This document shows positions 1 through 12,438 of a stretch of 64,000 nucleotides of DNA, one piece after another. A program made the translations under genes and the position numbers. The stretch lies in the NCBI GenBank assembly GCA_964016885.1, contig OZ024742.1:271250001-271314000 (forward strand), written 5' to 3'. How positions within the stretch are numbered: the first letter of the stretch is position 1; each line of letters begins with the position of its first letter. Source of the DNA: Eledone cirrhosa. Taxonomy: Eukaryota. The notes beneath the pieces are model-generated. The model saw only the letters and a program-made list of their open reading frames with translations. It was not told the origin of the DNA and searched no databases.

Positions 1-558
1 GTCTGTGTGTGTGTGATTTGATCCTTACATGCTTGTGTTTAAGCTGATTTTACTTGTGTAAATCTTACAAAAAAGGTATATGGTGTTATTTCAGGTAAGT
101 TACTCTACATTCACCAAACCTTGAACAACAAGAAATATAGTGCTTAGTTGTTTAATTTGGATAAAATAGATCTTAATTCTCTCAATACAACCCAACTCTC
201 AATTACAAAAGTAGATACTAGTTGACCACACTAAACGACTATCTTATTTTTGACCCCACAAACCATCGCATTCGGCTAGTATATGTTAATTGATGCATGC
301 AAAAGTTCCATCACCCTATCATATACCTACTATAATTACGACATTTATATGCTGTCTATTTCCGTTATTACTATTATTATTAATGGCAGTAGCATCACAG
401 CTACTATTTTTGTTATCTTAATTAATATTATTGTTATTATTTATATTTTCTTAGACAGCTTTTAAATGATTTCAACTTCTATATCTCTTAATTTACGCAT
501 CCACCTTTCTTCTATTCCCTCACTCCCTGGCACACATGAATTGAGTTTGGTTTTTCAG

Positions 559-3395
559 ATCGGGAGATCTGAAAAGGTACAGAGAGGTGCCCATTAAATT
601 TGACCAGCGAGCAGTTGCCGCTGTGCATTGCAGCGATCCGGTTTCTGGAGACTGCGCCGAAGCCAACAGCCTTCAAGACAGCCTCCATGTACCGATGGTC
701 GACCCAATCGAAACCATTCGATTGATCTAAACTGATTAGAACCCTAACAAGGACAGGTTTACACCATACCCTCTCTATGATGTATCGTATGAGGTGGAGG
801 TTGTCGTGTATGGACCTTGTCGGGATTGCGCAAGTTTGCGCCTCCCCAACAAAATCCTCGACGATAAGTGCCAACCTCTTCGCTAACACTTTGGCCAAAA
901 TCTTAAACTCTGTGTTGAGCAGAGTTATTGGCCATTATTAGCTAATGTGTCCCTCTTGTTCTCGTCATTCTTTATCAGCGTTACTACGCCCTGGTTCACA
1001 GAACTGTGAATACTCTCGTTCTGCTGCCAATTAGAGTAGAGCGCTTCGCTGATATCGGAGAACAGGTCTGGCATATTTACGTAAAGCTCGTAAGGCAGAC
1101 CATCCAAACCGGGTAATTTGCGCCTTGTGCAGCCGACAAGGGCGTCCTGTATTTCGGCTGAAATTATCGGCCTTTCGCAGTGCTCAGAGTCGGCCGTCGA
1201 GAGTTGCGGTATGTCATCGCGGTAGGGACTGAAGTCCGCCACCGTCTCTGACCCACCACTCTCCCCGAAGAATCGAGCAAAATGCTGGCGAAAGGCCTCG
1301 CAGACCCACCTGGAATCGCTCAGCTCGTGTCCGTCTCGGTTCGTCAAAGGCCGAATTGTGTTTTATCACCAAGCTGCGCCTCTGCCACGTGGGTTCATGG
1401 AAAAACAATGGTTCCCTCGTTTCTCAGAGGCCGCGCCTTAGCTCTGACAATGCAACATTCGTGTTTCGCATTGAAGAAATGATCTAATGCCATTCTCGCC
1501 GCTAGCACGTCAGTTGCAATGCCACTACAAATAGCCTCGTCTAACTTATCTACCAGCTTCCCCTCCATTCTATTTTTCTCTAACCCTACTTCTTTGCTAA
1601 ACTCTATCGATATTACTCTAATCTCTCTTTAGAGAGTCCCGACCATCTGTCGTTGACGACACCCCCTGTCAACTATTGCTTAACTAAATTGTTGACCCGG
1701 TCCCTGTAAGCTTTACGTGCCGAAAAGGACATGACCATCTTCTAGTAACCAGGTCCTAAGCTACGCGTCTTATCTAGATCGACAATACATATCACACACT
1801 TGTGGTGTGAATAGGCGACCCTATGTAATTGTGCACACCCTATAATATTTTGATCCACTAATCTAATTAGAAACATATCTAAGTACGATCTAGATGTCCT
1901 TAAACGGTTTGTCCAGGTCCACACTGGCGCATTAGGGAAATCTAGTCGCTACCTGTCAGACAGTTGGAACTGGTTGATCAAGTACTTGAGGCATTATCCT
2001 ATCGGATACTCACACACAATCCCAGCGTGCGTCTAAGATGCCGTTCCAAGTCCCCCGCTAACAGTAAAGGGCGATATGTACAAAGAAAGGCTTCCAGGCA
2101 TCTAAAGAAATCCGGCCGTCCTTCCCCGGTAGAAACGTTGATGGCCACCAGTCTAAAGGCACCACGTTCGCAATTGTTCAAGTCCAGGACCACCAACTTA
2201 CCGTCCCGTCTCGGAAAATCGACTTTACTTCGAGATCCAGGCCTTTCCTAAACAGCACTGCCACCCTACCTCCCATTCCCGGCCGACTAACAGATGCAAA
2301 GATCTGATAATCGTCGAAAATAAGGGCTAGTGCGTGCGTGTCTGAAATCCTGGTCTCGCTGACGGCAATTACATCCATTTCTAGAGACCTGAGGTCGTTG
2401 AGCAGGTGCCCTGCTTCCAGGATGATCTCAGGCCTCGAACATTTAAACTTCCTCGTCTTAATATGGCCATGTTAGCAGGCTAAAAGAGAGAGGAAATGTT
2501 TACTTACCTTCTGTGCTCTTGTGAAGGTCGGGTGGTTCGACCTCCATAGCTAGTAGGGTTTATTTTGCGAACCTCTTTAAAAGCCTACATGAGGCTTTTG
2601 CACTGAGTGTTCCCACGTCGTTGGGGAAGCTCTCTCTAATTGTCTTATAATTGATTAATGCCATACGCACCAGCAAAAGTGTTTGTGCCACCTTGAAGGT
2701 GCAGGTGTTAAACGCCTCCCACTCTTTCTCTATTTCCTTACTCCGTGATATGAGGTTCAGTAATTTTGTGTTCGATTTCCTCACTAACACGAGTTAGGTG
2801 TTGTGGTTGTAAGTTGTTGCTGTATGTGCTTTCTTTTAGTTGTTTGTGTTAGTGGTAGTGTTGTTGGTGAAGATGGTATTTGTGTTGACGGTTGTGTTGT
2901 TGCGGGGGTGGGTGTTGTATTATGTGCGTCTGTGTTTGGTGCGAATAGTTTTTTTATGTTTGTTGTTTGTGTTGGTGTGTGAGATCTCTTCTTATGTGTT
3001 CTTTTTTTGTTTTTTTGGCTGTTGGTGTTCCTCCTCATCTTCGCTCAGTGATAAAGAGGTTTCTGTGTTTGTGTCAGATGTAAGTTGGAGTGTGTGTGTG
3101 TTTCAATGTGTTTGTGTGTGTGTGTTCGATAGAGGGGTGCGGGAGAGGTTCTTTTGAGAGGCCGCTGGGTGGTCTTGTTGGTATTTGCAGTAGTTGTTGG
3201 TCCTGCTGGAGTTGATCCTGCAGAATTTGTTGTTGGAGTTGTTGTTTCGTGATGAGAATCCGGCGTCGGCAACAGCGGAGATATTTGACCCCTTGCATTT
3301 TTCAATAGTTGAGAGCAGAACGATCGCCAAAAGGCCCAAATATTATGTTTTCCCCTTCACAAGGCAGAGTCCAAGAGCAGAGTCCCTTACATGAC
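559..3395 (-). mobile_element. Degenerate Tx1/L1-type LINE: 5'UTR, internally deleted ORF1, frameshifted ORF2 (APE plus first half of RT); 3' end missing
   Basis: ORF fragments DVIAVSETRI (APE), KLPGLDGLPYELY and LDQSNGFDWVDH (RT) match the intact ORF2 at 12439-15858. ORF2 ATG is at 2470. The 5'UTR at 3325-3395 matches 54110-54180. Confidence 0.9.
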
Positions 3396-6300
3396 AACAA
3401 AAAAAACAATAAAAAGGAAATGACAAAGAAAGAAACAAAGGAAAATACCCCAATGGGGGGCGGGGAGACTTCCGAGGGACATTCATGGAAAAAGCGCATT
3501 AAAAAAAGCCACGGAGACACTGACTACCAGGGCAAATGCCCTCACCCAGTTCTCCAGGTCTTAGCCACGAGACCACCGACGACAAGTGCCAAACTCTTTG
3601 CTAGCACCTTGTCCAAAATCTTGAACTCTGCATTTCGCAAAGTTATGGTCCTGAAATAATCTATCTTTTTCCCCCTTGTTCTGGGGGAAAAGCTACTGCT
3701 CCTCGGCTTACCGAGCTGGGATCTCAACATTTTTGCTGTCAGTTGCAATAGACATGTCCCAAGAGGTCGCCGAATAATTCTGGCATTTGTACGTAAAACT
3801 CGAAGGGCATACCATCCAAACCAGGCAATTTACCCATCGTGCAGTCAGTGGTTGTTATCTTATTTCAGCGGCTGTTATCGGCATTTCGCAACACTCCGCC
3901 TCAGTGACCGAAAGCCGCGGCACTCCGACGAGGTAGGCGGTAAAGTCAATATTGCTATCCGACCCGCCGATGCCGCCGAACAGTTTGCGAATTGCCGCCG
4001 AAAAGCCAGGCACATTTGCTCGTGTTCATGTAAAAGGCGCCCTTCGTGGTCCTCCAAGCACCGGATCATGGCTCTGTTGCCACAACGCGCCACATTTTCT
4101 AACTAGTTCGCTACTCTGTTCTATGAAGCCTATTTAAGTCGACCACACATATCACGAATTTGTGGTCCATGTATTCGACTCCTTGGGATTGTGGAAACCT
4201 ATGCTAGAATGTCCTTACAAAATACATTAACTTGATAGGATCTGGATGATTCGGGAAATCCAGGTGGTACCTCTCTGTCAATTAGAAACGTCTGAGCACT
4301 AATCACACACTATCCCAGCGTTCATCCAATATCCCGTTCCAATCCCACGATTGAAACGGGACGTTCCTGGGATATTCTCCATTCGCCTAAATGAATCAGG
4401 CCGTCCAGTCCTTGACAGGGGATAAAAAGCTACAAGTCTAAAAGCATAACTTTTCGCTGCTGGTCACGTCCAGCACCCCCGACTTACCTTCTGGGTCCAG
4501 GAAGATGGTCCGTATCATGAGATCCAAGCCACGCCGAAACAACACATGACTCCGCCTCCCGATCCCGACCGGCTTCGAGATGCGTACACATCGTAACCGT
4601 CAAGGATGGGTGCGAAGGCATTTGCCTCGAAAATTCTGCTCTCGCTGATGGCCACCACATCTATGTTCCCTCACCTGAGGTCGTTGAGCAGCTGAACCTA
4701 TTTCCATGACGACTGCAGGCCACGCACTTTTATGCTGCCTTTTCTGAGTAAGATCATGTTGAAAATGAGTAGAAAAAGATTGGAAAGAGCACCTACCTTT
4801 ATCCTTGTGGAGGAAGGATGGACTTTTTCCGTCCTTCTGACTGTATGTGAGCCCCTCCGGAACGATGTCATTACATAGCCGCCTGGAAACATTTTGCGGG
4901 AAATCTCCTATGTCTTTGGGGAACTTTAATTATAGTCTTGTGTATGTTTTCTGTGTGACACGAGTGATTTGTATGTGTGTAGGCTGTGTACTTTTTTGGA
5001 TGTTGTATAGCTTTTCTCTGTGGTGCTGGTGTTGTGTTAGATATAGTGCAATACTTTTTTTATTGTTCAAGTTGAATGCTGTATAGTGTGTTTCGGTTTG
5101 GTTGTCTTGTTTTGTTTGTGTTTGTTGTGGGTTTGTTCCTGTTTCGCTTGTTGGTGTTTTTTGTGGTGTCGGTGATGGTGGTGTTCGGGTTGATGATGCT
5201 GATGTTGTTGGTGTTTGTCGTGATGGAGCTGGTGATGCTGGTGTGGGTGGTGGCGTAGCTGTCTTAACTTTCTTGTTTGTTTGTTTCGCTCTCAATTTCT
5301 TTTTCCTTGGAGGGCAAAGGAAGAGGGGATTTTTTTCGGTTACTTTTTTTTCCAGATACTGTTTCCAACCCCTCTTCCTCATCGCAATCTGTCTCCAGTT
5401 GTGAGAGGTTGGGGAGTGGAATGTCCTCCACAGGCGTTGGTGTTAGTTGGGGCGTGATCGATGATGCAGGCGTGGTGGTTGTATTGGTCTTGCTACCGTG
5501 GCTGCTACAGTTGCTACTGTTGTTGCTACTACAGTTGCTGCTGCCATTTTTGCTACTGATTTTGATGTTTGAGCAAGTGGGGTGGGCAGCAGATGTGGCC
5601 TACATTTTTTAACCATCCCTCGAGGGCCTTCTAATGTGAGGTGGCTGCCGTCATCGAGGTCTATCACCTCTGGAATTTCTTGGCTCTTCTTCTGGTTCGC
5701 TTGGATCAGGAACTCCATTCCAGATCCAGACCAGTTCTGCTGTTTTACTCTAATCCCCTCGATCAGCTTTGTATCGGCCTCGATGTCGGCGAAGACGAGA
5801 GCCATTAGCCAGGGAATTTCAATGACCGGTGGAACCTGGGTCACCTTTACTTTTACGAGCCTTTGTCCACACTAGGTTGGGATGAGAGTGAACTCATCAC
5901 TTTTTAATGAGGCCGTGGAGTGCTCTCTCGATTCCTGTGGGGTTCAAACTAACACGTCCACAATCCCAAATGTTTATCCACGCCTGATGTCGGTTTTTGA
6001 GCCCACATATGTCCCAAAGCTTTTGGGATCTAGGATTCGAATGCCCGCTCCAATCGGCGTGTTTTTACGTTGATCGTTCAAAAATAGACATTACATAGGC
6101 GCCGATGTTGCATCATATTTGATGGAGGGGTGGGAGTGAGGCTAACTCTGTAAACACTAATTTTTTACCATTCACCTGGACTCATTCAGTTCTTCCTGGC
6201 TTACCTCAATTGTTTCGTTCTTGTACACCGCTTTAGCAAAAGACACATTTGGTTTTGCGCTGGTGTTTTTTGTTGTTGATATTCGTATTTTTGATATTCG

Positions 6301-6832
6301 TATTTTTGCTATTATTATTGTTTGTTTTAGTTGTTGCTGTGGTGGTATCAGTGGTGTGGATATACTCTTCGAGCTTGTGGTGGTGAAGATGGCGGCTTTA
6401 ACACCTGCAGATATTGGCAAATGCGGGAATTCTACGTCTGCACGTGACAAACTTTCGCGACTGCTATTACTGCTGCTGTTGTTTTTCGAAAAGGTTATCG
6501 GTTTTGGCAATTGTAGTAAGGTTCACAATGGTGGTGGTGGAAGTTGTAGTGTATATGTCTGAGCCGCTGTCACGTGACAGCTTACTTGATTTGGGAAGGA
6601 GTTATATCGTCAATTTTTTTTTTTTTTCAAAAAAAAATTGATTGTTTGACAAGATAAATTTTAAATGTGAGGTTCAAGGCCCCCAATATTATTGAGTGTC
6701 CTTTTCAGAATGCTATATATATGAACTTATAAAGAGTTAACAGTAAGATGTTTCCATAATGGCAATTCAAAACAACTGAAAACAACAAACATTTATGGAG
6801 CTCATGATAATACATTTTCTTACGTGAGTCGC
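3396..6832 (-). mobile_element. Degenerate Tx1-type LINE with several internal deletions (3'UTR joined to mid-RT at ~3556)
   Basis: 3'UTR motif cccaatgggggg at ~3450; FRTITLRNAEFKILDKVLAK (RT); APE start ATG at 4757; ORF1 fragments (TQVPP..W, EVIDLDDG) homologous to the intact ORF1; 5' end abuts (AAT)n. Confidence 0.88.
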
Positions 6833-6881
6833 CAATAATAATAATAATAATAATAATAACAATAATAATAATAATAATAAT
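6833..6881. repeat. (AAT)n microsatellite spacer between LINE copies
   Basis: Directly visible tandem AAT. Confidence 0.98.
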
Positions 6882-7367
6882 GCTTTCTTTATTAACCACA
6901 AGGGTTTACACAAAGTAGACATTAAGGACAGTACAGAACAATACAGGACGGTAAAAAAGGGCATTTCTGCGTATAAAAAAACACCAAAAAAGACAAGGGA
7001 TGTAATAATAGAACAATGAAAAAATTCCCCAATAGGTGGAGACTTCCGAGGGCCATCGTGGAGAAACCCATTAAAAAGCCACGCTGACCCTGACCACCAG
7101 GGCAATTGTCCTCTCCCAGTTTTCCACCTTCAATTTACAGGCACATACTCAGAGTATGTCCACTCACTCGGGCCATTCTTGCCTCTCTCACTCATCTTTC
7201 AACAAAAACCTGGGAAGAGAGCACCTTCCTGGCTACTCTGATTTTCCTTTTCAAATAAAATTGGAAAAAGTTAATCAGGGCATCACCGAAGAGGTAAGTG
7301 CTCGTCTTCAGCCCTTTCAGTCGTGTCCACCATACTATCTCTTTCGCCATGACCACCAGACATATAA

Positions 7368-7370
<3 letters not shown>
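6882..7370 (-). mobile_element. 5'-truncated Tx1-type 3' fragment (ORF2 C-terminus plus 3'UTR)
   Basis: Colinear with 12177-12676 of the intact element; flanked on both sides by (AAT)n. Confidence 0.92.
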
Positions 7371-7373
<3 letters not shown>

Positions 7374-7410
<37 letters not shown>

Positions 7411-7411
7411 T
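7374..7411. repeat. (AAT)n microsatellite
   Basis: Directly visible. Confidence 0.98.
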
Positions 7412-8450
7412 AGATACGCACATGGTGGATAGGGTATTATGGAATCGCTCCCGTAAGTTTTTAATTTTTTACATATTTAAAACAATTGTGATAGAATAAT
7501 TATTATTACAAATGAAATGTAAGAAATCAGTCTTAACTCTCAGGAAGTGGCAACGCATCATATTACGGCATAGTGCTCCAATATGTAATATTTAATTTAA
7601 TCTTTAATTTTGTACCAGAAATCATATAGTCAGAAAAGAAAATGGCTAGAAAACAACATCCAAATAACTTCACCAGCAGCACCACCACCACCACTGCCGC
7701 CGCCACCATCACCATCACCACTAACACAACAAATCTAGCCAAATACAAACCAGCACCATCCCTATAGCACTGCTGTCCCATCACCACCGTCACCACTGCA
7801 TCATCACTACCGCCACTATTCCCTCCCTACTTAAGAGAGGGGTGGTGGTGCCGCTACACACAAAAAGAAGCGAGGAAGGTAACAAAACATAAATAGACTG
7901 GGTTAGTGACTCGGTCAAACAGCTAACAACAACAACAACAACAGCAAAATAATTATGTTGTTGTATCTCTAAACTCTCTCAAAATGTTTAGTTTAAACAA
8001 TGTCAAATCTAAACTATAAAATAATAATAATAATTGCTTCTGCTTTTGGCACGGGGCCAGCAATTGTCCCGGTGTGTTGCAGGTGCTTTGTGGTGTCGGC
8101 CGCGTAGGGATGAAAGGAAAAAAAATTATAGAAAAAATGATAGTCGAAAAATTATAGAACAGAACACAGACAGAAGCAAACGCAAAAACAAACACAGATT
8201 TCAAAAGTTTTGAACACAACAACCCCTACTTCCCTTAGCAGCAGCAGCAACAACAACACTAGTAAACGATTTACTGGCCTTGTAAAACGATAAATGTAAA
8301 GGAGAAAAACAAACAGAAATGGAAAAAAAAGGGAAGAAAAACTAAGTCAGACATTCAAACATGACAATGAAACTTATTTGAAACGTATTTGTTTTTGTTT
8401 TTTTTAGGTTTTTATCTATTTGTTGGTTTGTTTATTATGTTCGTCTACAA
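7412..8450 (+). mobile_element. Unclassified repeat 'X' (decayed LINE-like 5'UTR plus Thr-rich ORF1-like remnant), copy 1
   Basis: Shares blocks with 34110-34585 and 38520-39285 (tttaattttgta..agaaat, aaATGGCTa, caaaatgtttagtt, aaatagactg..ttagt.actcggtcaaa, agtcagacattcaaacat). Confidence 0.5.
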
Positions 8451-8499
8451 CGTGATGGTGCCACGCTAAAATCACCGAGGGTGCTGAAATCATTGGGGG

Positions 8500-11400
8500 T
8501 GATGAAATCACCGGTAGTTATGTAACCATATATTCACCAATCCTCGATATGAGTGCTTAAATGTCGAACCTAAACAGTTCGAATAACGTTGAAGTGGAGA
8601 CTGGAATGTCATGTGACATACTCTCACCCAGCAGGTGCTCCCTGGCCCAGCAGCAGGAACCTCGCTGTCATCCAAATACTCTGGTGTTGGAAGAAGAGGA
8701 AGAAGGAAAGGGACCAGAACCAACTGGACGAAAGAATTGAATGGAACTTTTATGCAATGTTACCTGAAGTGTAACCCCAAGGAAAAAGGCTATAGGAAAC
8801 GGAAGCATAACATCTGGAACGAGATTAGTCTATTTAAATTAGATGAACAAAAATTGGCAGGCCAGGGTCGGGTAATAAGAACTAATGGGTTGATAAGCGA
8901 GCTGGAACTGGAAGAACTGAGCAGAGAGATTAAGTTGGAAATGGAGAGTGGAGTATGCCAGGCAAACGAGCCAGTGGGAAATGAAGATGAAGAGGTTGAG
9001 AGAATGGAAGAACCATCAGAAGCAGACAATGATCTGAATGCTGAAATAAATAACATTGGGAACAAAGATACGGACATTGCGGAAATGAATGCTGACGGGC
9101 TAGGACAAAATTTGGTTCATATACTAAACTTAGTGGTAGATGAAATGAACAATGATAGTGGGACACCTATGAACCAAAGATGTGTAGACAGGAAAAAGTT
9201 AACAGAAACAACACCTAAGGTAAACGAAGTCATCCCATAGCTTGGGGCAAGGAGCCTCACAAGTGCAACAATATCCTCAAAGCAACAGCAAATGCGGTGA
9301 GGAAATTACTTGGTATAAATCGAGAGGAAATAACAAATAAGAAAGATCAGAACCTTGGTGGTCAAATCAGGGAAAAGAGAAATGACATTGGAAAGCTTGA
9401 ATCCCTACTGAATGGACACTACAAAACATAGACACTAAAAATAGACTGGAAATAAAGTACAAAACTAGGAGGAAAAAGCTAAATATTATCATAGAGGAAC
9501 TGAAGCAACGCATTGTAGCAAAGAATGCAAAAATTAGGCGATACGAGAGCAGAGTCAGTCAGTATAGACAGAACCGTATGTTTGACAACAACCAGAAGAG
9601 GTTTGGACAGCTTGAAGGGAAAGAAAGAGGCAACGACTTGATCCCTGAGGCGGAACAAACTAAGACATTCTGGAGAGAAATATGGGAGCATGATGTTAAA
9701 AATAATGACCAGGCAGTGTTGATTGAGACAGTGCAAAAGGAGATTAGTGAACAGGCACACCAACAAACTGATCTGAGTATCACAGTTGAAACACTTAAGG
9801 GCAGGCCAACAAACTAACCAACTGGAAATCACCAGGTCCAGATGGTGTGCAGGGGTATTGTATTAAAAATATAACATCCCTCCACCTGAAACTGACAACC
9901 ATGTTCAATGACTGCTTGATGTCAGGGGAGGTACCAGAGTGGTTGACAAAAAGTACCACAGTTCTGGTAATGAAAGACCGAATCAACGGTAATGATGTTA
10001 CCAAATATAAACATATCACATGTCTGTCCGTAATGTGGAAACTGTTCACAAGCATTGTTACTGAGGAAATCTACCATCATCTCCACATAAACAACTTGTT
10101 ACCGGACTAACAGAAATCATGCCGAAAGAAGTCCCGTGGAACAAAGGACCAGTTACTTATTGATAAGGTGGTAATGAGGAATTGCAAGAGGAGACACACT
10201 GGTCTTGCAACGGGATGGATAGACTACAAAAAGGCATTTTACATGGTACCTCATTCTTGGATCACCAAAAGCCTAGAGATCTTCAAGGTGGCAGATACGA
10301 TCAGACAGTTGTTGTGCAAAAGTATGAAGTCCTGGAAAACAGAGTTAACATCGGATAGAGAATCTTTGGGGGGCGTGAAGATCAAGAGATGTATCTTCCA
10401 GGGAGATAGTCTGTCGCCTATGTTGTTTGTCCTTACCCTGATGCCCCTGACCATTATACTGCGAAAAGTGAGAGCAGGATAAAAGTTGGGGAAGGGAGAG
10501 CTTACCATCAAACACCTCATGTTCAAGGACGATCTTAATCTCTTCGGGAAGAGTCAGAAGGAGTTGGATGACATTGTTGGTATTTTCAGCATTGATATGT
10601 GTATGCAATTTGGTATTAGTAAGTGTGGATTCCTTGTGATAAAGAGGGGTAAATTGAGCAGAGGCAACGGAATCCAGGTACCAACAGGTGAGATGATAAA
10701 GGAAATTGACACTGAAGAAGGATAAACATATTTACGTGTTCTGGAGGCTGATGGCATAAATAACAAAAGAAGGAAGGAATTGATAAGATCTGAATACATT
10801 CAGAGAGTAAGGAGCGTATTAAAATCACATCTGAACAGTAGGAATGCCATAAGTGCAGTAAATTCCCGAGCTGTGTCTATTATTAGGTACATTGCGGGGA
10901 TTCTGAGATGGAATGTTGCTGAACAAATGAAATGGATAGGAAGACTACGAACATATTGACTATAATCAACATGTTCCACAAGAGGAGTGATGTCGATAGA
11001 CTGTGCTTAAGGAGATTTGAAGGTGGAAGAGGTCTTATCAGCATAGAGGACTGTGTTCAGATGGAGAAAAACAACTTACACGAATACGTGACTGATAGTA
11101 GGGAGCCAATGCTCAGAATTGTACTGAAGGAGAGGACAATAGACCAGGGATGTCCAAGGAGGAAATAACAACGAGAAAGAGCAAACTTCATGAACAATCC
11201 CTTCATAGTACCTTCTCTGAGAAAACTGAATTCAGAGATCCACATACATGAAACTGGTTGAAAAGAGGAGACCTTAAAAAAGGCTACAGAAGGAATACTA
11301 ATGGCTGCGCAAGAGCAGGCCCTCAGAACGAGGTGACTGAAACAACATATTTACAAGGAGGAGGCTAGCCCACTGTGTAAGATCTGTGGAGAGAGAGAGG

Positions 11401-12030
11401 AGACTGTGGCTCACATTGTATCCGAGTGTAAACACCTAGCCCAGGCTCGCTATAAAGGCTTGAGACATGATGTGATGGGCAGGGTGATCCACTGGCACCT
11501 ATGTAAAGTAAACAATTCACCACAATCTGAGAAGTGGTATGAGCATAAGCCAGAGTCGGTGATAGAAAAAGATCAGGTGAAGGTGCTGTGGGATTTTAGG
11601 ATACAGACGGACAAGAAACTGGAACACAATAGACCTGACCTGGTGGTTTTGGAGAAGGAAAAAAGATTGTGCCTGATTGTGGATGTAGTCTGCCCATTCG
11701 ACACGAGAGTGCAAGAGAAGGAGAGGGAGAAAATTAACCGATTCCAGCACTTAAAGTGGGAGGTAAAATGGATTTGGAACTGCCATGAAGTCAAAGTGGT
11801 CCCGATTGTTATAGGCGCACTAGGTACTATCTCAAAGAGTCTCCAAGGATGGTTAAAGAAAATTGGTCCCACCCCGCATTTTGGAACACATCAAAAGGCA
11901 TGCTTGCTGGGAACAGCAAGAACCGTCCTATACGTCCTGAATATCTGAGGCTGCAGGTAGTAGATTGATATTCATTTCAACAATCTTTCCAGTTAAATAA
12001 CATCAATGACTGAGACTCAAAGAACAATAC
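8500..12030 (+). mobile_element. Near full-length but disrupted R4/Dong-type non-LTR element, family A (RT, CCHC, restriction-like endonuclease)
   Basis: Fragments [60 protein letters not shown] in order, with stops and frameshifts; 3'UTR runs into (AAT)n. The 5' boundary is uncertain. Confidence 0.92.
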
Positions 12031-12044
12031 TAATAATAATAATG

Positions 12045-12131
12045 CTTTCTTTCTTTATTAACCACAAGGGTTTACATAAAGTAGACATTAAGTACAGTAT
12101 AGGACAATACAGGACGGTACAAATGGGCATT
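12045..12131 (-). mobile_element. ~85 bp Tx1 3'-terminal fragment
   Basis: Near copy of 12177-12260, separated from it by an AAT tract. Confidence 0.85.
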
Positions 12132-12438
12132 ATAATATTAATAATAATAATAATGATTTGTAATAATAATAATAATGATTTCTTTATTAACCACAAGGGT
12201 TTACATAAAGTAGACATTAAGGACAGTGCAGGACAATGCAGGACGGTACAAATGGGCATTTCTGCGTGTAAAAAAACAAAAACAGAGGATGTAACAAAAA
12301 TAACAATGAAAATAACAATGAAAAATTCCCCAATAGGGGGGAGACTTCGGAGGGACATTTGTGGAGAAAGCCCAGTAAAAAGCCACAATGACCCTGACCA
12401 CCAAGGCAAGTGCCCTCTCCCAGTTTTCCACCTTTAGT

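Noticed and set aside
2480-2508. GT..AG mini-intron between ORF1 and ORF2 that could fuse the ORFs
   Set aside because: Only ~28 nt long, and the AG is absent in the other three copies.
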